Assembly (NCBI GenBank): GCA_004297215.1
Contig: SCUM01000002.1
Span: forward strand, 6,270 to 70,269
Direction: 5' to 3'
DNA: 64,000 nucleotides
Source of the DNA: Patescibacteria group bacterium
Lineage (GTDB): Bacteria; Patescibacteriota; Patescibacteriia; UBA9934; GWF2-40-263
A program made the translations under genes and the position numbers. Under the pieces are notes generated by a model, which saw only the letters and a list, made by a program, of their open reading frames with translations, made no database searches and was not told the origin of the DNA. The stretch's first letter is position 1. The number at the start of each line of letters is the position of its first letter. Of this stretch, positions 15,341-26,300 are shown in pieces.

Positions 15341-18300
15341 CTACGGGGTAAGCGGGCAGTAGGTGATGGAGAAATCCTCCATCTTGAGGCTGTTGCCCTC
15401 GGAATCATACGTCACGGACAGCGGAATCACCTGCGTCTGGTCGGAGCAGCCGAATTCTTGCGGGAACGGGAGGAGGATGTTGCGCCCGTCCTGCACGCCG
15501 CCCGAGGACTCCACGGCGGTCCCGTCCGCGTTCACGGTGTAGGAGATGACGAACCCGAGGATGTTGGCGACGATCTGGGTGAACATGTCCGTAATCCCCT
15601 CCGCGGTGGTGGCTTCGTAGGAATAATCGATGCCGTCGCTCCCCAGGCCGCAGCCAGTCTCGTTGGAGTATGGTTTATTGGGGTCAAAGATGGAAGCCGT
15701 TTCATCATAATGCGATCCGGGACAGACGTCGTCAGACAGATGGCGCATAAAGCTGACGAGCGAATCCGTACTGCTGATGACCGCCGTATAGATGTCCACG
15801 TCCGGATATTTTTGTATCCCATTCGTGTTCTTTACGGTATCCATCGTGATCTTCATCGTCACGCCGTCTCCCAAAGGTTCACCATCGCTCAACAGGATGA
15901 TGATCTTCTTGGATGCCGTCGAGGCATCCATGACCTCGAGTCCGGCGAGCAGACCTGCGTCGGTCGGCGTGCCCCCCGAGGCCGTGTAGGTGTCGATCTT
16001 TGCCTGGAGCGTGTTGACGTTCGTCGAGGCGGCGTTCGTGAGTAAGACGTCCTTGCAGGCCTTCCGGGCCGTGGAGGGAACGGTGAACACGGTCCCTGCC
16101 GGGGCCCCGGACGTGCATGTCCCGGGCGCTTTGAAACTCACCAACCCGATGCGGATCGTTTGACCGTGTTGCGTGGCCGTATCGAGGATGGTCTGGACCG
16201 CGGCCTTCTCCGCGTCCTTCACCGCTTCCATTCGTGTCTTTCCCCCACCAGATTGGGTGCCCATGCTTCCGGACACGTCGGTCACGAACACGATGTCCAC
16301 GCTCTGCGGCACGATGTCGTCTGAATCCACGTTGGCCGTGAGGCCGACCATGACCTTGCACGCCGGCACGAACAGGTCGGCGCGACGCGGCTGTGCGTCG
16401 GGGCTCGGATCGGTCACGCTAAACAGCGTGACCTTATTGCCTGGCAGCGCCCCCTCGATCTCCGGCTTCACCTGCACGGAATCCGTGCGGTACGAGAACG
16501 GGCATGAGGCGCGGCAATCGAGGCCGCAGGTGGGCATGACGCATGCGCCCGGCGCGGCGCAGGCGTACCCCGTGATTGATGGGATCGCGCAGGTCTTCCC
16601 GTTCTCCGGCCCGCCGTTGCAGGTCCCGAGATTGAGACAGCTGTAAATCCCCGCACAACGGGCCGTCCCATCCGCCTGAAGGCCGCATCCTTGGCCGGAC
16701 GACGTGTTCGGGCAATCGGCATAGGTGGCGCACGAACCGGCATGCGTGCCGGTCGCAAGCTCGATGCAGGTCTTGACCGGGAGGTTCACGTCGCAGAACT
16801 CCGGGCCGTTCTTGAGACTGTCGCCGCAGAATCCGCCGCTTCGCGTGCGGAACTGGCAGGCGGCGGTGCAGTAGTTGCACACCCCGCCGTAGGGCGCCGA
16901 ACATTCGACATTGTTGTTCACTCCTTCATCGCACGATTCCGTGCCGCCGGCCGTTTGGAGGAACACCTTGCCGTCGCCGCAGACGTTCTTCTGGCAAACG
17001 TTCGTGCACGCGTCGGTGTCCACGCGGTTGCCGTCATCGCACGCTTCACCCACGTCGAGGCGCCCGTTGCCGCAGGCGGGGACGTTCACCGCGCTGCACG
17101 CCGTGAACGCGTTGAACGTGCACGCCGAGCCGCCCCACGTCTGGCACGTGCGGGTGCGCGTAAGCGGGACGGCGGCGGTGCTGCAATGGCCCGTGGCGCC
17201 CGGCGAACAGCGTTCCACGCGGTTCCCTTCCGTGTCGATCTCCTCATAGCAGCTTCCGAACAGGTCACAGTCATCGTCGGTCGAACAGGTCGCTCCGAGG
17301 TTCCCCTGGTCGCACACCCGGCCGCTCCCGCACGCATTGGTGGAGGACGTGCCGCCACACGCGCTTCCCGGACACTCGGCATCCGTTTCGCACGGCTGGC
17401 TCGCACGGTCGCCCGCGATGCACAACTTCCCCGCATACGCCTCGGCGCCGGCGCCGTCACACTGCTCCGGCCCGTTCACGACGGCGTCGCCGCACGAAGG
17501 TCCGGGCTTGCGGCAATCGAAGGTGCAGCTCACCGAGGTGCTCGGGTTATATTGGCCATTGAGCGAGGCACCGCGGTCGCACTGCTCCGGCCCTTCCAGC
17601 TTGGCGTTGCCGCAGAAGAAGGCGTTCGCCGAGCTGCACTCCGGGCCGCAGTGGCCGAAGGTGCCGTTGAGCGCCCCGTCGTCGCAGGTCTCGGTCCCTT
17701 CCCGCACCCCGTTGCCGCAGGTGGGCGGCACGCACCCGGCCACCACGTCGAACCGACAGGTGCCGGCGTCGTTCACGCAGGCGAAGTTCTGGAACCCGTC
17801 CTGGACGGGATCCGTCCAGGGAACCGGACAGGACTCCGCGCGTACTTCCCCTATTTCGCATTCCTCATCAAGCCCCTTCACGCCGTCCCCGCACACCTGC
17901 GACCCGGCGGCGATCGGGATCCCCACGCAGAACAGCGGCATCGCCGCAAACCCGCGCGCGAGCCCGCCGGGCGGAGCCGAAGACGGGGCGGTCCGCTGTA
18001 AGTTGATGGCGTCGTCCACGGTGCCGGACAGATTCCCCGCCATGTCGAAGAACCGCACGGAAACGGTCTTGGAGCCGTTCGCGCCGGCAAGCGTGGCCGT
18101 GGCCGTGGCGCTGAATGCCACGGAGGGTTCGTTATCAAAATTCCCGTCGGTGGAAATCTGCATCGAGACGCACGCGTTCGCATCCGTGCAGACGAGCGCG
18201 AGGTTCACCACCGCGCTCGTGGTCTGCGCCGCGCCGCCGTTCACCGTCACCGGCCCCGCCTGCGGGTCAACGGTGTCGATGACCACCACCTGCGTATCCG

Positions 18301-20302
18301 GCGTCTGATCCACGTTCCCTGCCGCGTCCTTCGCACGCACCCGGAACGTGACCGTGCCGTCCTGCAATGGAGAGAACGCATGCGAACCGAACGCCGTGCA
18401 CGCGCCGAACGTCGTCCCGCTCGCGTTTGAACACTCGAAACTCGACACGCCCACGTCGTCCGTGCCCGTGAACTGGAACCCGACTCCGGTCGTCCCGATG
18501 AACATGGTGGTCGCCGGCTGGATGGTCTGGCCGCTGCCGTCGGTGACGACCGTGATGCTGGTATCCGGAGGGGTCGAGTCGGGCGGGGCCTGGGGTGGCG
18601 GAGGCGTGAACGTGACCGTCGGCGTCTGCGTGAGCGTGACACTGTCGGTGGCGTCCCGTGCGGCATACGTGACGGATTGCGCGGTGGCGTTCCTCACCGT
18701 GAACGCGGCGACGCCGCTCGCGTTCGTCGTGCTCGAGGCCGGGATGATCGTGGACGAACCGCCGCCTTGCGAGAGGGTGATCGTCTTGCCGGACACCGGC
18801 GCGCCTGCCGTGTTCTTGAGCGTCACCGTGATCGTGGACGACGCCACGCCGTCCGCGGGGACGTCCATGGGGCTTGCGGTCACGGTAGAGAGCGAGGAAC
18901 TGACGGGCGGCGGTTGAACGGCCGCCGTCGTAAAGGCGAAGTCGCTGGAGGTTGCCAGATTTGTTGCGGCATCCCTGCTCTTGACCCGGTAATGATAGGT
19001 CGTGGACGGATTCAGGCCTGCCAAGGATCGGCTGTGGCTCGTGACCAGGTTCGTGTCGAGCGCGGAAGAGGAGCCATAGGTGTTCGTGAGACCGAATTCG
19101 ACCTGCGAGTCGGAGGATTCGTTCGTGCTCCAAGTGATGACGGCTCCGGAACTCGTGATGGAACCGGCTGTCACCCCGGAGATCGTCGGTGGGGTGGCGT
19201 CGATGGCGGCCGTCGTGAAAGTCGAATTGAAATCGCTCGCGAGTGGGTTGCCAGCAAGATCCTTGGCCCCGGAGCTGCCGCCTATGACCTTGACCGTAAA
19301 GGCCGTGCCCGCAGCGAGGACGCTCGAGGGCGTGAACGTGGCGGTCGTGGGCGTCTTGGCCAGGGTGCCGGCAACACTCGATCCGCCCTGTACCAGATAG
19401 ACGGTCGCATTCGTAAGCGTCGCCGGGTTCATTGCCTCGCTGAAGGTGACGGTGAACGAGGCGTTCGTCGCGACCCCCGCGGCATTGTTTGCCGGAACGA
19501 CGGAAGTGACGGTGGGGGCAGCGGTGTCGATGACGATACTCTTGTTCGCGCTCAATGAATTTAGCCCTTGAGGGCTTGGGAGGGTGAGCGTGGCATTATT
19601 GCCAACCTCGTCCTTTATCGTGCCGCCATTCAAGGTGAGGGACGAGACCGAGAAATATTCAAGGTCTAAAGAGTTGTTTCCGTTGCTCACGGTATAGTTG
19701 AAGGTGAGGGTGGGAGATCCCGTGCCAGAGACGTACGATGCCAATCCAGAAGTTCCGGTATTCAGCGAGAGTGTAGGGATGCCCGTCACGGATACGTTTT
19801 CGGAAAAAATGATTTGGATAGGGATGATCTCGCCAAGAACATAGGAACGGTCTGGCGCGGAGGAAGTGACGCTGGTGACGGTCGGCCCCGTCCGATCGAC
19901 CCGCCACGAGAACGTCGTGGCCGGACCCACGTTGCTCGCGTCTAGCCTGACGCGGACATCGAACCGGTGCAGCTGCTCGGCGAGCGAGGTGTAAGACTGG
20001 TTCCCGCTTACCAAGAGCGTCCCGTTCCCTTGGCACGGAATGAAGATCCCCGACCCTTCCGCGGCACACTCGAACGTACCGAATATGGAGTCCTTTGTGA
20101 ACCTGAACGCAATGCTCGTCTGAGTGGTTGATTTGCCATTCTCGAGGACGACGCTAGGCGAGGTCATCGGGACGCTGGCCGTGACGGCCGTTATTCTAGG
20201 GACAAGTATCGCGTGCGCGGCCCGGACGCCCACGAACAGGCCGCCCACGAGCAGGCAGGAGGCGATAAACGGCTTCCCGAAGTTGTGGGTCAGTCGAGGC
20301 AT
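15341..20302 (-). CDS. giant secreted protein (1653 aa): signal peptide, Ig-like/Fn3-like domains, Myxococcus-type Cys-rich repeats, C-terminal von Willebrand factor A domain
   Basis: Start taken at MPRLTHNFGKPFIASCLLVGG, which sits 1 nt after the upstream stop. Repeats of the form CGNGxxExGExCDDGN; VWA MIDAS motif DIVFVTDVSGSMG...T...D. Confidence 0.8.
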   Translation of the reverse strand: MPRLTHNFGKPFIASCLLVGGLFVGVRAAHAILVPRITAVTASVPMTSPSVVLENGKSTTQTSIAFRFTKDSIFGTFECAAEGSGIFIPCQGNGTLLVSGNQSYTSLAEQLHRFDVRVRLDASNVGPATTFSWRVDRTGPTVTSVTSSAPDRSYVLGEIIPIQIIFSENVSVTGIPTLSLNTGTSGLASYVSGTGSPTLTFNYTVSNGNNSLDLEYFSVSSLTLNGGTIKDEVGNNATLTLPSPQGLNSLSANKSIVIDTAAPTVTSVVPANNAAGVATNASFTVTFSEAMNPATLTNATVYLVQGGSSVAGTLAKTPTTATFTPSSVLAAGTAFTVKVIGGSSGAKDLAGNPLASDFNSTFTTAAIDATPPTISGVTAGSITSSGAVITWSTNESSDSQVEFGLTNTYGSSSALDTNLVTSHSRSLAGLNPSTTYHYRVKSRDAATNLATSSDFAFTTAAVQPPPVSSSLSTVTASPMDVPADGVASSTITVTLKNTAGAPVSGKTITLSQGGGSSTIIPASSTTNASGVAAFTVRNATAQSVTYAARDATDSVTLTQTPTVTFTPPPPQAPPDSTPPDTSITVVTDGSGQTIQPATTMFIGTTGVGFQFTGTDDVGVSSFECSNASGTTFGACTAFGSHAFSPLQDGTVTFRVRAKDAAGNVDQTPDTQVVVIDTVDPQAGPVTVNGGAAQTTSAVVNLALVCTDANACVSMQISTDGNFDNEPSVAFSATATATLAGANGSKTVSVRFFDMAGNLSGTVDDAINLQRTAPSSAPPGGLARGFAAMPLFCVGIPIAAGSQVCGDGVKGLDEECEIGEVRAESCPVPWTDPVQDGFQNFACVNDAGTCRFDVVAGCVPPTCGNGVREGTETCDDGALNGTFGHCGPECSSANAFFCGNAKLEGPEQCDRGASLNGQYNPSTSVSCTFDCRKPGPSCGDAVVNGPEQCDGAGAEAYAGKLCIAGDRASQPCETDAECPGSACGGTSSTNACGSGRVCDQGNLGATCSTDDDCDLFGSCYEEIDTEGNRVERCSPGATGHCSTAAVPLTRTRTCQTWGGSACTFNAFTACSAVNVPACGNGRLDVGEACDDGNRVDTDACTNVCQKNVCGDGKVFLQTAGGTESCDEGVNNNVECSAPYGGVCNYCTAACQFRTRSGGFCGDSLKNGPEFCDVNLPVKTCIELATGTHAGSCATYADCPNTSSGQGCGLQADGTARCAGIYSCLNLGTCNGGPENGKTCAIPSITGYACAAPGACVMPTCGLDCRASCPFSYRTDSVQVKPEIEGALPGNKVTLFSVTDPSPDAQPRRADLFVPACKVMVGLTANVDSDDIVPQSVDIVFVTDVSGSMGTQSGGGKTRMEAVKDAEKAAVQTILDTATQHGQTIRIGLVSFKAPGTCTSGAPAGTVFTVPSTARKACKDVLLTNAASTNVNTLQAKIDTYTASGGTPTDAGLLAGLEVMDASTASKKIIILLSDGEPLGDGVTMKITMDTVKNTNGIQKYPDVDIYTAVISSTDSLVSFMRHLSDDVCPGSHYDETASIFDPNKPYSNETGCGLGSDGIDYSYEATTAEGITDMFTQIVANILGFVISYTVNADGTAVESSGGVQDGRNILLPFPQEFGCSDQTQVIPLSVTYDSEGNSLKMEDFSITYCPLTP

Positions 20303-20303
20303 A

Positions 20304-23300
20304 TCAGGGTGCTGGGGGATATTCGACGCGGATGAACGCGTTGTCGTTGGGATCCTTGTCGATGTCGAACGCCCAGGGCGCCTCGGCGTGTTCGAGAAGG
20401 GCGGTGAAGGTGTAGGTCTCCCCGGCTGAGGACTGGAAGCCGTACACGTGGCTCCCTTCCTTGCACAGGAACTCTCCGGACGAGGCGTTGAAGCAGGTGG
20501 CCGGATCGGCCCCTTCCTCGCACTCAAAGAACTCGTTGAGCGGATCCACCGGGAGCGCGCCGCCCAGCTCGTTGCCGAGCACCGCGGTCCACGACGGCCA
20601 GGCCGAGGTGGTGAGGGTGCGGATGAAGCTCCCTTGCGAGAGGGTCGGCACGCCCGCGAGGCACAGCTCGCCGCTCGGGCACGACGGGAAGCGCGTGTCG
20701 CATCCTTGCGCGCGGGTGGCCGAACAGTGCGCGTGGGTCGCGCCGTAGCGGTCGAGGGACGCCTTCACGCGCACGAGGTCGGTGAGGCGCCTCGTGTCGC
20801 GGCGCAGCTTCGCCTTTTCCGCGTCGCAGAATTGCGCGTCAGCGGCGGCCGTGTCGCAATCCCCGTCCCACTCGCAGGACACGAACGAGCCCTCCTTCAC
20901 CACGTAGTTGCCCGAGGCCGCGCGGCAGAGGTTCACGTCGCTCACGGCCGCGTCGTTGGCGTTAAACGCCCAGTGCTTGGCCACCTGGTCGAGCACCTGC
21001 GCGGCTTCGCTCGGCGCGCCCTGGCTTACCGAGAAGATGTAGACGTTGGGGAAGATGTCGCCCACCTGGTTCGCGGCCGTCGCGTAGATGGTGTTGCCGT
21101 CGCGCACGGCCTCGTAGCCGTCGAGCGTGACGGGGACCGCCTTGCCTCCGGGGACCAGCCCCTGGAAGAACAGGTCGGCCGGCAGGTACCCGGGGTTCGC
21201 GACCACGCGCACGCCCACGCCGGCCGCGGCGCCCGAGAGCGGGTACAGGATCTCCTTGATCACCCCGGCGATGGGCGACCGGGCGATCGGCTTCACCTCG
21301 AGTTCCGCCAGGTCGTCGGCGGCCCCGGCGCGTCCGGCGTCGCGGCAGTAATAGAAGGAGTAGTTGGTGGAAGTGTCGATCTGCGGGTCCGGATTCGTGT
21401 CCTCGTCCTCCACGTAGGGGAACCCGTCCGTAAGCGACGGCCAGGGGTTCTCGCACACGAGCACGGTGAGCTCCACGAAGCCGGTCTGTGCACGCGCCGG
21501 ACGGCCGTCGGTGCCGTCGGTGGGGGGATCGAGGAGCTTGTCGACGGTGATGGTGGCGGTCATGGCGGCGGACTCCACGCCGTCGATGCCGACCGCCTTT
21601 GCGTCCGTGTTGACTTCGCCCTGGGTGGGCGCCGGCGTCGGGGCCGGGGTCACCGTGATCACGTTGCCCTCCTCGGCATCGGGCTTGTTGGAGCCAAACG
21701 ACCAGCTCCAGGCATAGGATCCCGGGATCGGCTGGATCGGCTGGGACGCTCCGCCGCGGTTGGACACGGCCACCGCGTTCAAGCGGTGCGTCTCATCCTT
21801 CTTGGTAAACAGGTTGCGGCTCGGGGGGACCACCGAATTTGCCGCGAGCGAGTCCACCTGACCGAGGTCAGCCGCCAGCACTTCGTCGAGCGCGCAGATG
21901 TCGAAACCCGTGGTGAACGTCACGGAGGTCCCGGCGGCCATGCCGACGCCGTCCGCGCTCAGCACGCCCGCGCTCGTCGCGTCCGCAAGACCGGCGTCCC
22001 CCGCGGCCACGAGGCGATAGGTCCCCCGTTCCTTGAGCGCCTCCTGGATCGCGAGCGACACGCGGCTGGCGCCGAGCGCCCCGTCCGTGACGTCGTACTT
22101 GATCGGGACGAGACAGCGCGTCCCGGCCGCCTGCGCGGAGACGGAACGGCCGAAGAACGCCTGTAACCCGCCCCAGAAGCGACCGAAGAATCCATGGCCC
22201 GCGCTCGCGAGCGACCCGTGCGGGCAGGTGGCGGCGGTCACCGGGGTGCCGTCAAGCGAGACCAGTTCGAGATAGAGCTGGGGGTCCTTCGCCGCGTCGG
22301 TGGAACGATCGAAGCTCTTGGGGTCCATCTTCTGGCTGAACTCGACCTGGACCAGGGTGTTGCGGCATACGTCCGGCGCGCCGGACGCGGGGATGGTCGA
22401 TGTCACCCTCGGCCGCTCAAAGCAGCAGGAGCCCGCGCCGCAGCCGTTGGCGTTCACGTCGCCGCACGCGGCGTCGTTCTCACAGGCGCACTGCACCGCG
22501 AAATCGCCCTCGCCGGACTTCGCCGGATTGCCGCCGGTCGCGCGCAGGCGCGATACGGCCTCGTGCGCCTCGGGCGCATCGATCTCGCGCGGCGCCGTGT
22601 TCGCGGCGACGGCCACGGCGTACGGCCCCACGCGGGTGGCGAGGCCCGCTTCGCACTCGCTCACCTCGCCCGCGCCCACCGTGCCGTCCGCGCAGAAGGA
22701 CGGGGTCGCGTAACCGACGGAAGACCCTTCAAACAGGCATTCCGAAGAGCAACCGTCGCCATCCGTCACGTTCCCATCGTCACAATCCTCGCCCGCGTCG
22801 GACGCTCCCGCGCGTTCCACGAGGGCGTTGCCGCACGCGCCTGCCCCGGGACGCCGGCCTTCGCGCACGCAGCGGCCGGAGCAGCCGTCGCCGGGCACGG
22901 CGTTGCCGTCGTCGCATGTCTCCGTAGGCCGTTCGATGAGGCCGTTGCCGCATACGGCCACGGCGGCGCGGGGGGTCGAACCCTCATTGAGGCAATTCGA
23001 CGAGCATCCGTCGCCGCCCACGCGGTTGCCGTCCTCGCACTCTTCCCCGCCGCGGCTTGAAGCGTAATCCACCGTGCCGCCGACCTCGCCGCAGTTGGTC
23101 TGCACCGCGGCGGCGCCTTCGTTCAAGCAACGGCTCGAGCAGCCGTCGCCAGAGGCGACATTGCCGTCGTCGCAGTCTTCCCCGACGTCCATCTGGCCGT
23201 TGCCGCACAACCCGGCCGGGGTCGCAGGCGTCAGGGGGTCAGTGCCCGCGTGCAGGCAGGAAGCGCTGCACCCGGAGCCGCCGTCGCAATCCTCGCCCGC

Positions 23301-26300
23301 GCCGACGCGCCCGTCGCCGCACACGGCGGAAGCGGTGGTGAACGGCGTGCCGGCGGAAAGGCAGGAGCTGGTGCATCCCTTCGGCGGACCGGCAGCGAGC
23401 GAAATGGCCCCGTTCGCGACCAGGCTCGCGGCCACCACCGTGGCCGGAGCCTGCACCGTGTCCTCCACGTCGCGCGAAGTCCAATTGAGCCAATCGTAAT
23501 CGGCCGGGTCGAGGAGCTGGCCGTTCTTCGAGCAGGCGTCGGGCGCGCCGAAGGGCTTGGCGCGGAACTCGCGCCGCTCCCCGATGACCTGTGCCGTCGC
23601 GCGCTTGGGCGACACTTCCACGCGGTCGATCGAGCAAGTGACGGCCGAATCCTTGGTCTTGAACGTCCACGAGAAGGTCTTCCCGCGGTTGGTGCCGGAC
23701 GGGTGCAGCGGCACGCCGCTCGCGGACCTCATCCCGGTGATCGAGTCGCCGTCGAACGAGACGCGATAGTTCTGGTTCTGCTTGAACGGGATGGGTTTCC
23801 CCTGCGCGTCCAAGCTGTGGAACAACGTGACGGTGGGCGGCACCGAACCGTCGGCGCTGTCGACGTACTCTACGGAGAACGCGGTGAACGGCACCGGGTT
23901 CGCGTCCTCGCACAGTTCGTTCGCGCACTCCACGACCTTCACGGCTCCGGGAGCTTCGACGGATGCCTTGTCCATGCGCGTGTTGAACGTGGCGGTGATG
24001 GCCGCGTTCACGCAGGCGAGATCGCAGTCGGGCGCGAAATCCACCACCTTCGGATCGGTGAAGTTGATGGTGAGGTCGCCGCTCCCCGTGGGCGTACCTG
24101 GCGCGCGCAGGGCGGCCGAGACGACGACGGGTTCGCCGGCGTTCGTTTCCACCTTGGCCGTGACCGTATTGAGGCAGGAATTCGTGACCGTGGCCTGACC
24201 CTTGGGGGCGACCAGCACGGCACGCGACGAGCTCAAGCTCCAGTCGAACACGCGCGGGGCGCCGGCGCCGCCGTCGCAGGAAAGGATGATGCATCGGTCC
24301 GTCTGCGAAAGCGGGAGCGACTGGTACGCCACTTCCTGATCCTGCGCCGTGGCCGTGAACGAGGGCGGCGCCACGCTGATGTCCCCGATCGTGCAGACGG
24401 TGCCCGCGGGCGCGGTGCGGAAACGCCACGTCTCGTTCGTGGCGAGCGGCACGTTCGCCGGTGCCGCCGAGGTGATCACGCCGGCGCCGACCCCGCCGCG
24501 CAAGGTGACGCGGTAGAAGGTGTCGGCCTCAAACGGCGCCGGATGGCTCCACAGGAAGGTGCGCGGACCGGGCGGGAGCACGGTTCCGGCCATCGGCGTG
24601 CCCTCCACGCTCCCGCACGGGTCGCCCGCGGGCCCGGTACACTTCTCAACGACCACGTTGCCGGCGTTCTGCAGGCTCGCGGCATTCATGTCCATGTCGA
24701 ACGTGCCGGACACCATGGCATCCAGGCATACGTTCGCCGGCAGGTTGCGGCCGGCCCACGGGCTGGGCGACGGCGGCATCTTCAAGGGGTCGTCGGGGTT
24801 GCATTGGAACACGAGGTGCGGCGCCTTCGGGATGGGGCCCGTGGAGAACCGATAGCCGTAGAAGGCGTTTTGGATGGCAGGCGCGCACTGCGCGCGGCAC
24901 GCGCCATCGGCGCAGCACTGATTCCCTTCCTTGCACACGGCCGCGTCGTCGCGACAATCCGCCACTTGAAACGGGACGGCGTTCGAGCGGAATCCTGCGG
25001 CGCTCCGCACGAGCGAGGGGCCGGTCTTTCCCGCCGCGGGAACCGCGGCGGAAACGAGTCCGTCGGCCCACGAAGCGGGGTTGGTGGCGGCGGACGGGGA
25101 TTGGGTGAAGAACACGTTCCCAGGCAAGGCGGCGTCGCCGAAATTCTCCCCGATGAACGACACGAGGGTGGTGGGCGGGCCGGACTCCGGATCCAAGGCG
25201 CACAGGCTCGGCCCTGGCGGGTTGCTTGCCGGATCGAGAAGGTTGAAATCCACGGCCTCCGAAACCACGCCGTCTTCCGCGCGGCGCACGGACACCTTGT
25301 ACGCGCCGAATTGCGCGTCCGTCCCGACCTTCACGGCTTGCGGCACCTTCACGGTGACCGATCCGTCGTGCCAGAACTGGTCGCCGCAGGCGGCCGGAAA
25401 GGTGATGTCGGCGTCCGCGGACGTGCCGGAGGCGACGCTTTGGAACGTCACCGTGCCCGTGCTGGTGCCCAAGCGCGAACCGAACAGGGTGACGTACTGC
25501 CCGGGCGGACCGAAATTGGAGGCCGAGGCGCAGCTGCCGGCTGCGCCGCCGCAATCCGCGTCGGTGGCGCATCGCTTGTCATCGGCCGTGCACGCGGTCC
25601 ATCCCGTGTCGATGAGCGTGATGACGGGCGGTGCCCCGGCGGTGCCGGAGGTGGCCGCGAAATTCACCGGGTTGCTCCCCTGCCTACGAATGGTGCAGGT
25701 GCTACTCGCGCAATCCGCGTCCACGCGGCACAGCTTCCCGGCGTCGTTCGCACAGACGTTGTCGCCCACGAACGCCTGTACCCCGTAGGTACGCGCGTCA
25801 AGCGCCGGGGAATCGATGCGGACCGAGGTGTCCGCCCAGGAGCGGTAGCGCGAGGCCTCCGTATTGCCGAAGAACACCGAATTCGTCTGGTCCGGGTTGG
25901 TGCCGAGATTGATGCCGGAGAGCGTCACCTGCGTGCCGCGCGCTCCGCTTTCGGGCGTAAGCGAGCACAGCCCGGGGCGCACGACGTCGTTTACCTCGAA
26001 ATCCGCGATGAACGGCCCGAACGCGTCGTCCGTGCGGTCGGAAAGCTGATCGGCGGTGCGGATGAGGATCGGACCCGTTCCGGCGCCGTCGGGCACCCGC
26101 ACCACGATCTGGCGGTCGGACCATCCCGACGCCCCGGCGCAGGCGAAATCCGTCACGAGGCGCTGGTCGCTTCCCGTCTCGCCGGCCAGGAACTCCACGG
26201 TGCCGGGCGTCGCGCCAAACCCGGCGCCGGTGATGGTGATGAGGTTCCCGACCGCGCCGTCGCCCGGGCTCACGCGGTCGATGCGCGCCACGCTCACGCA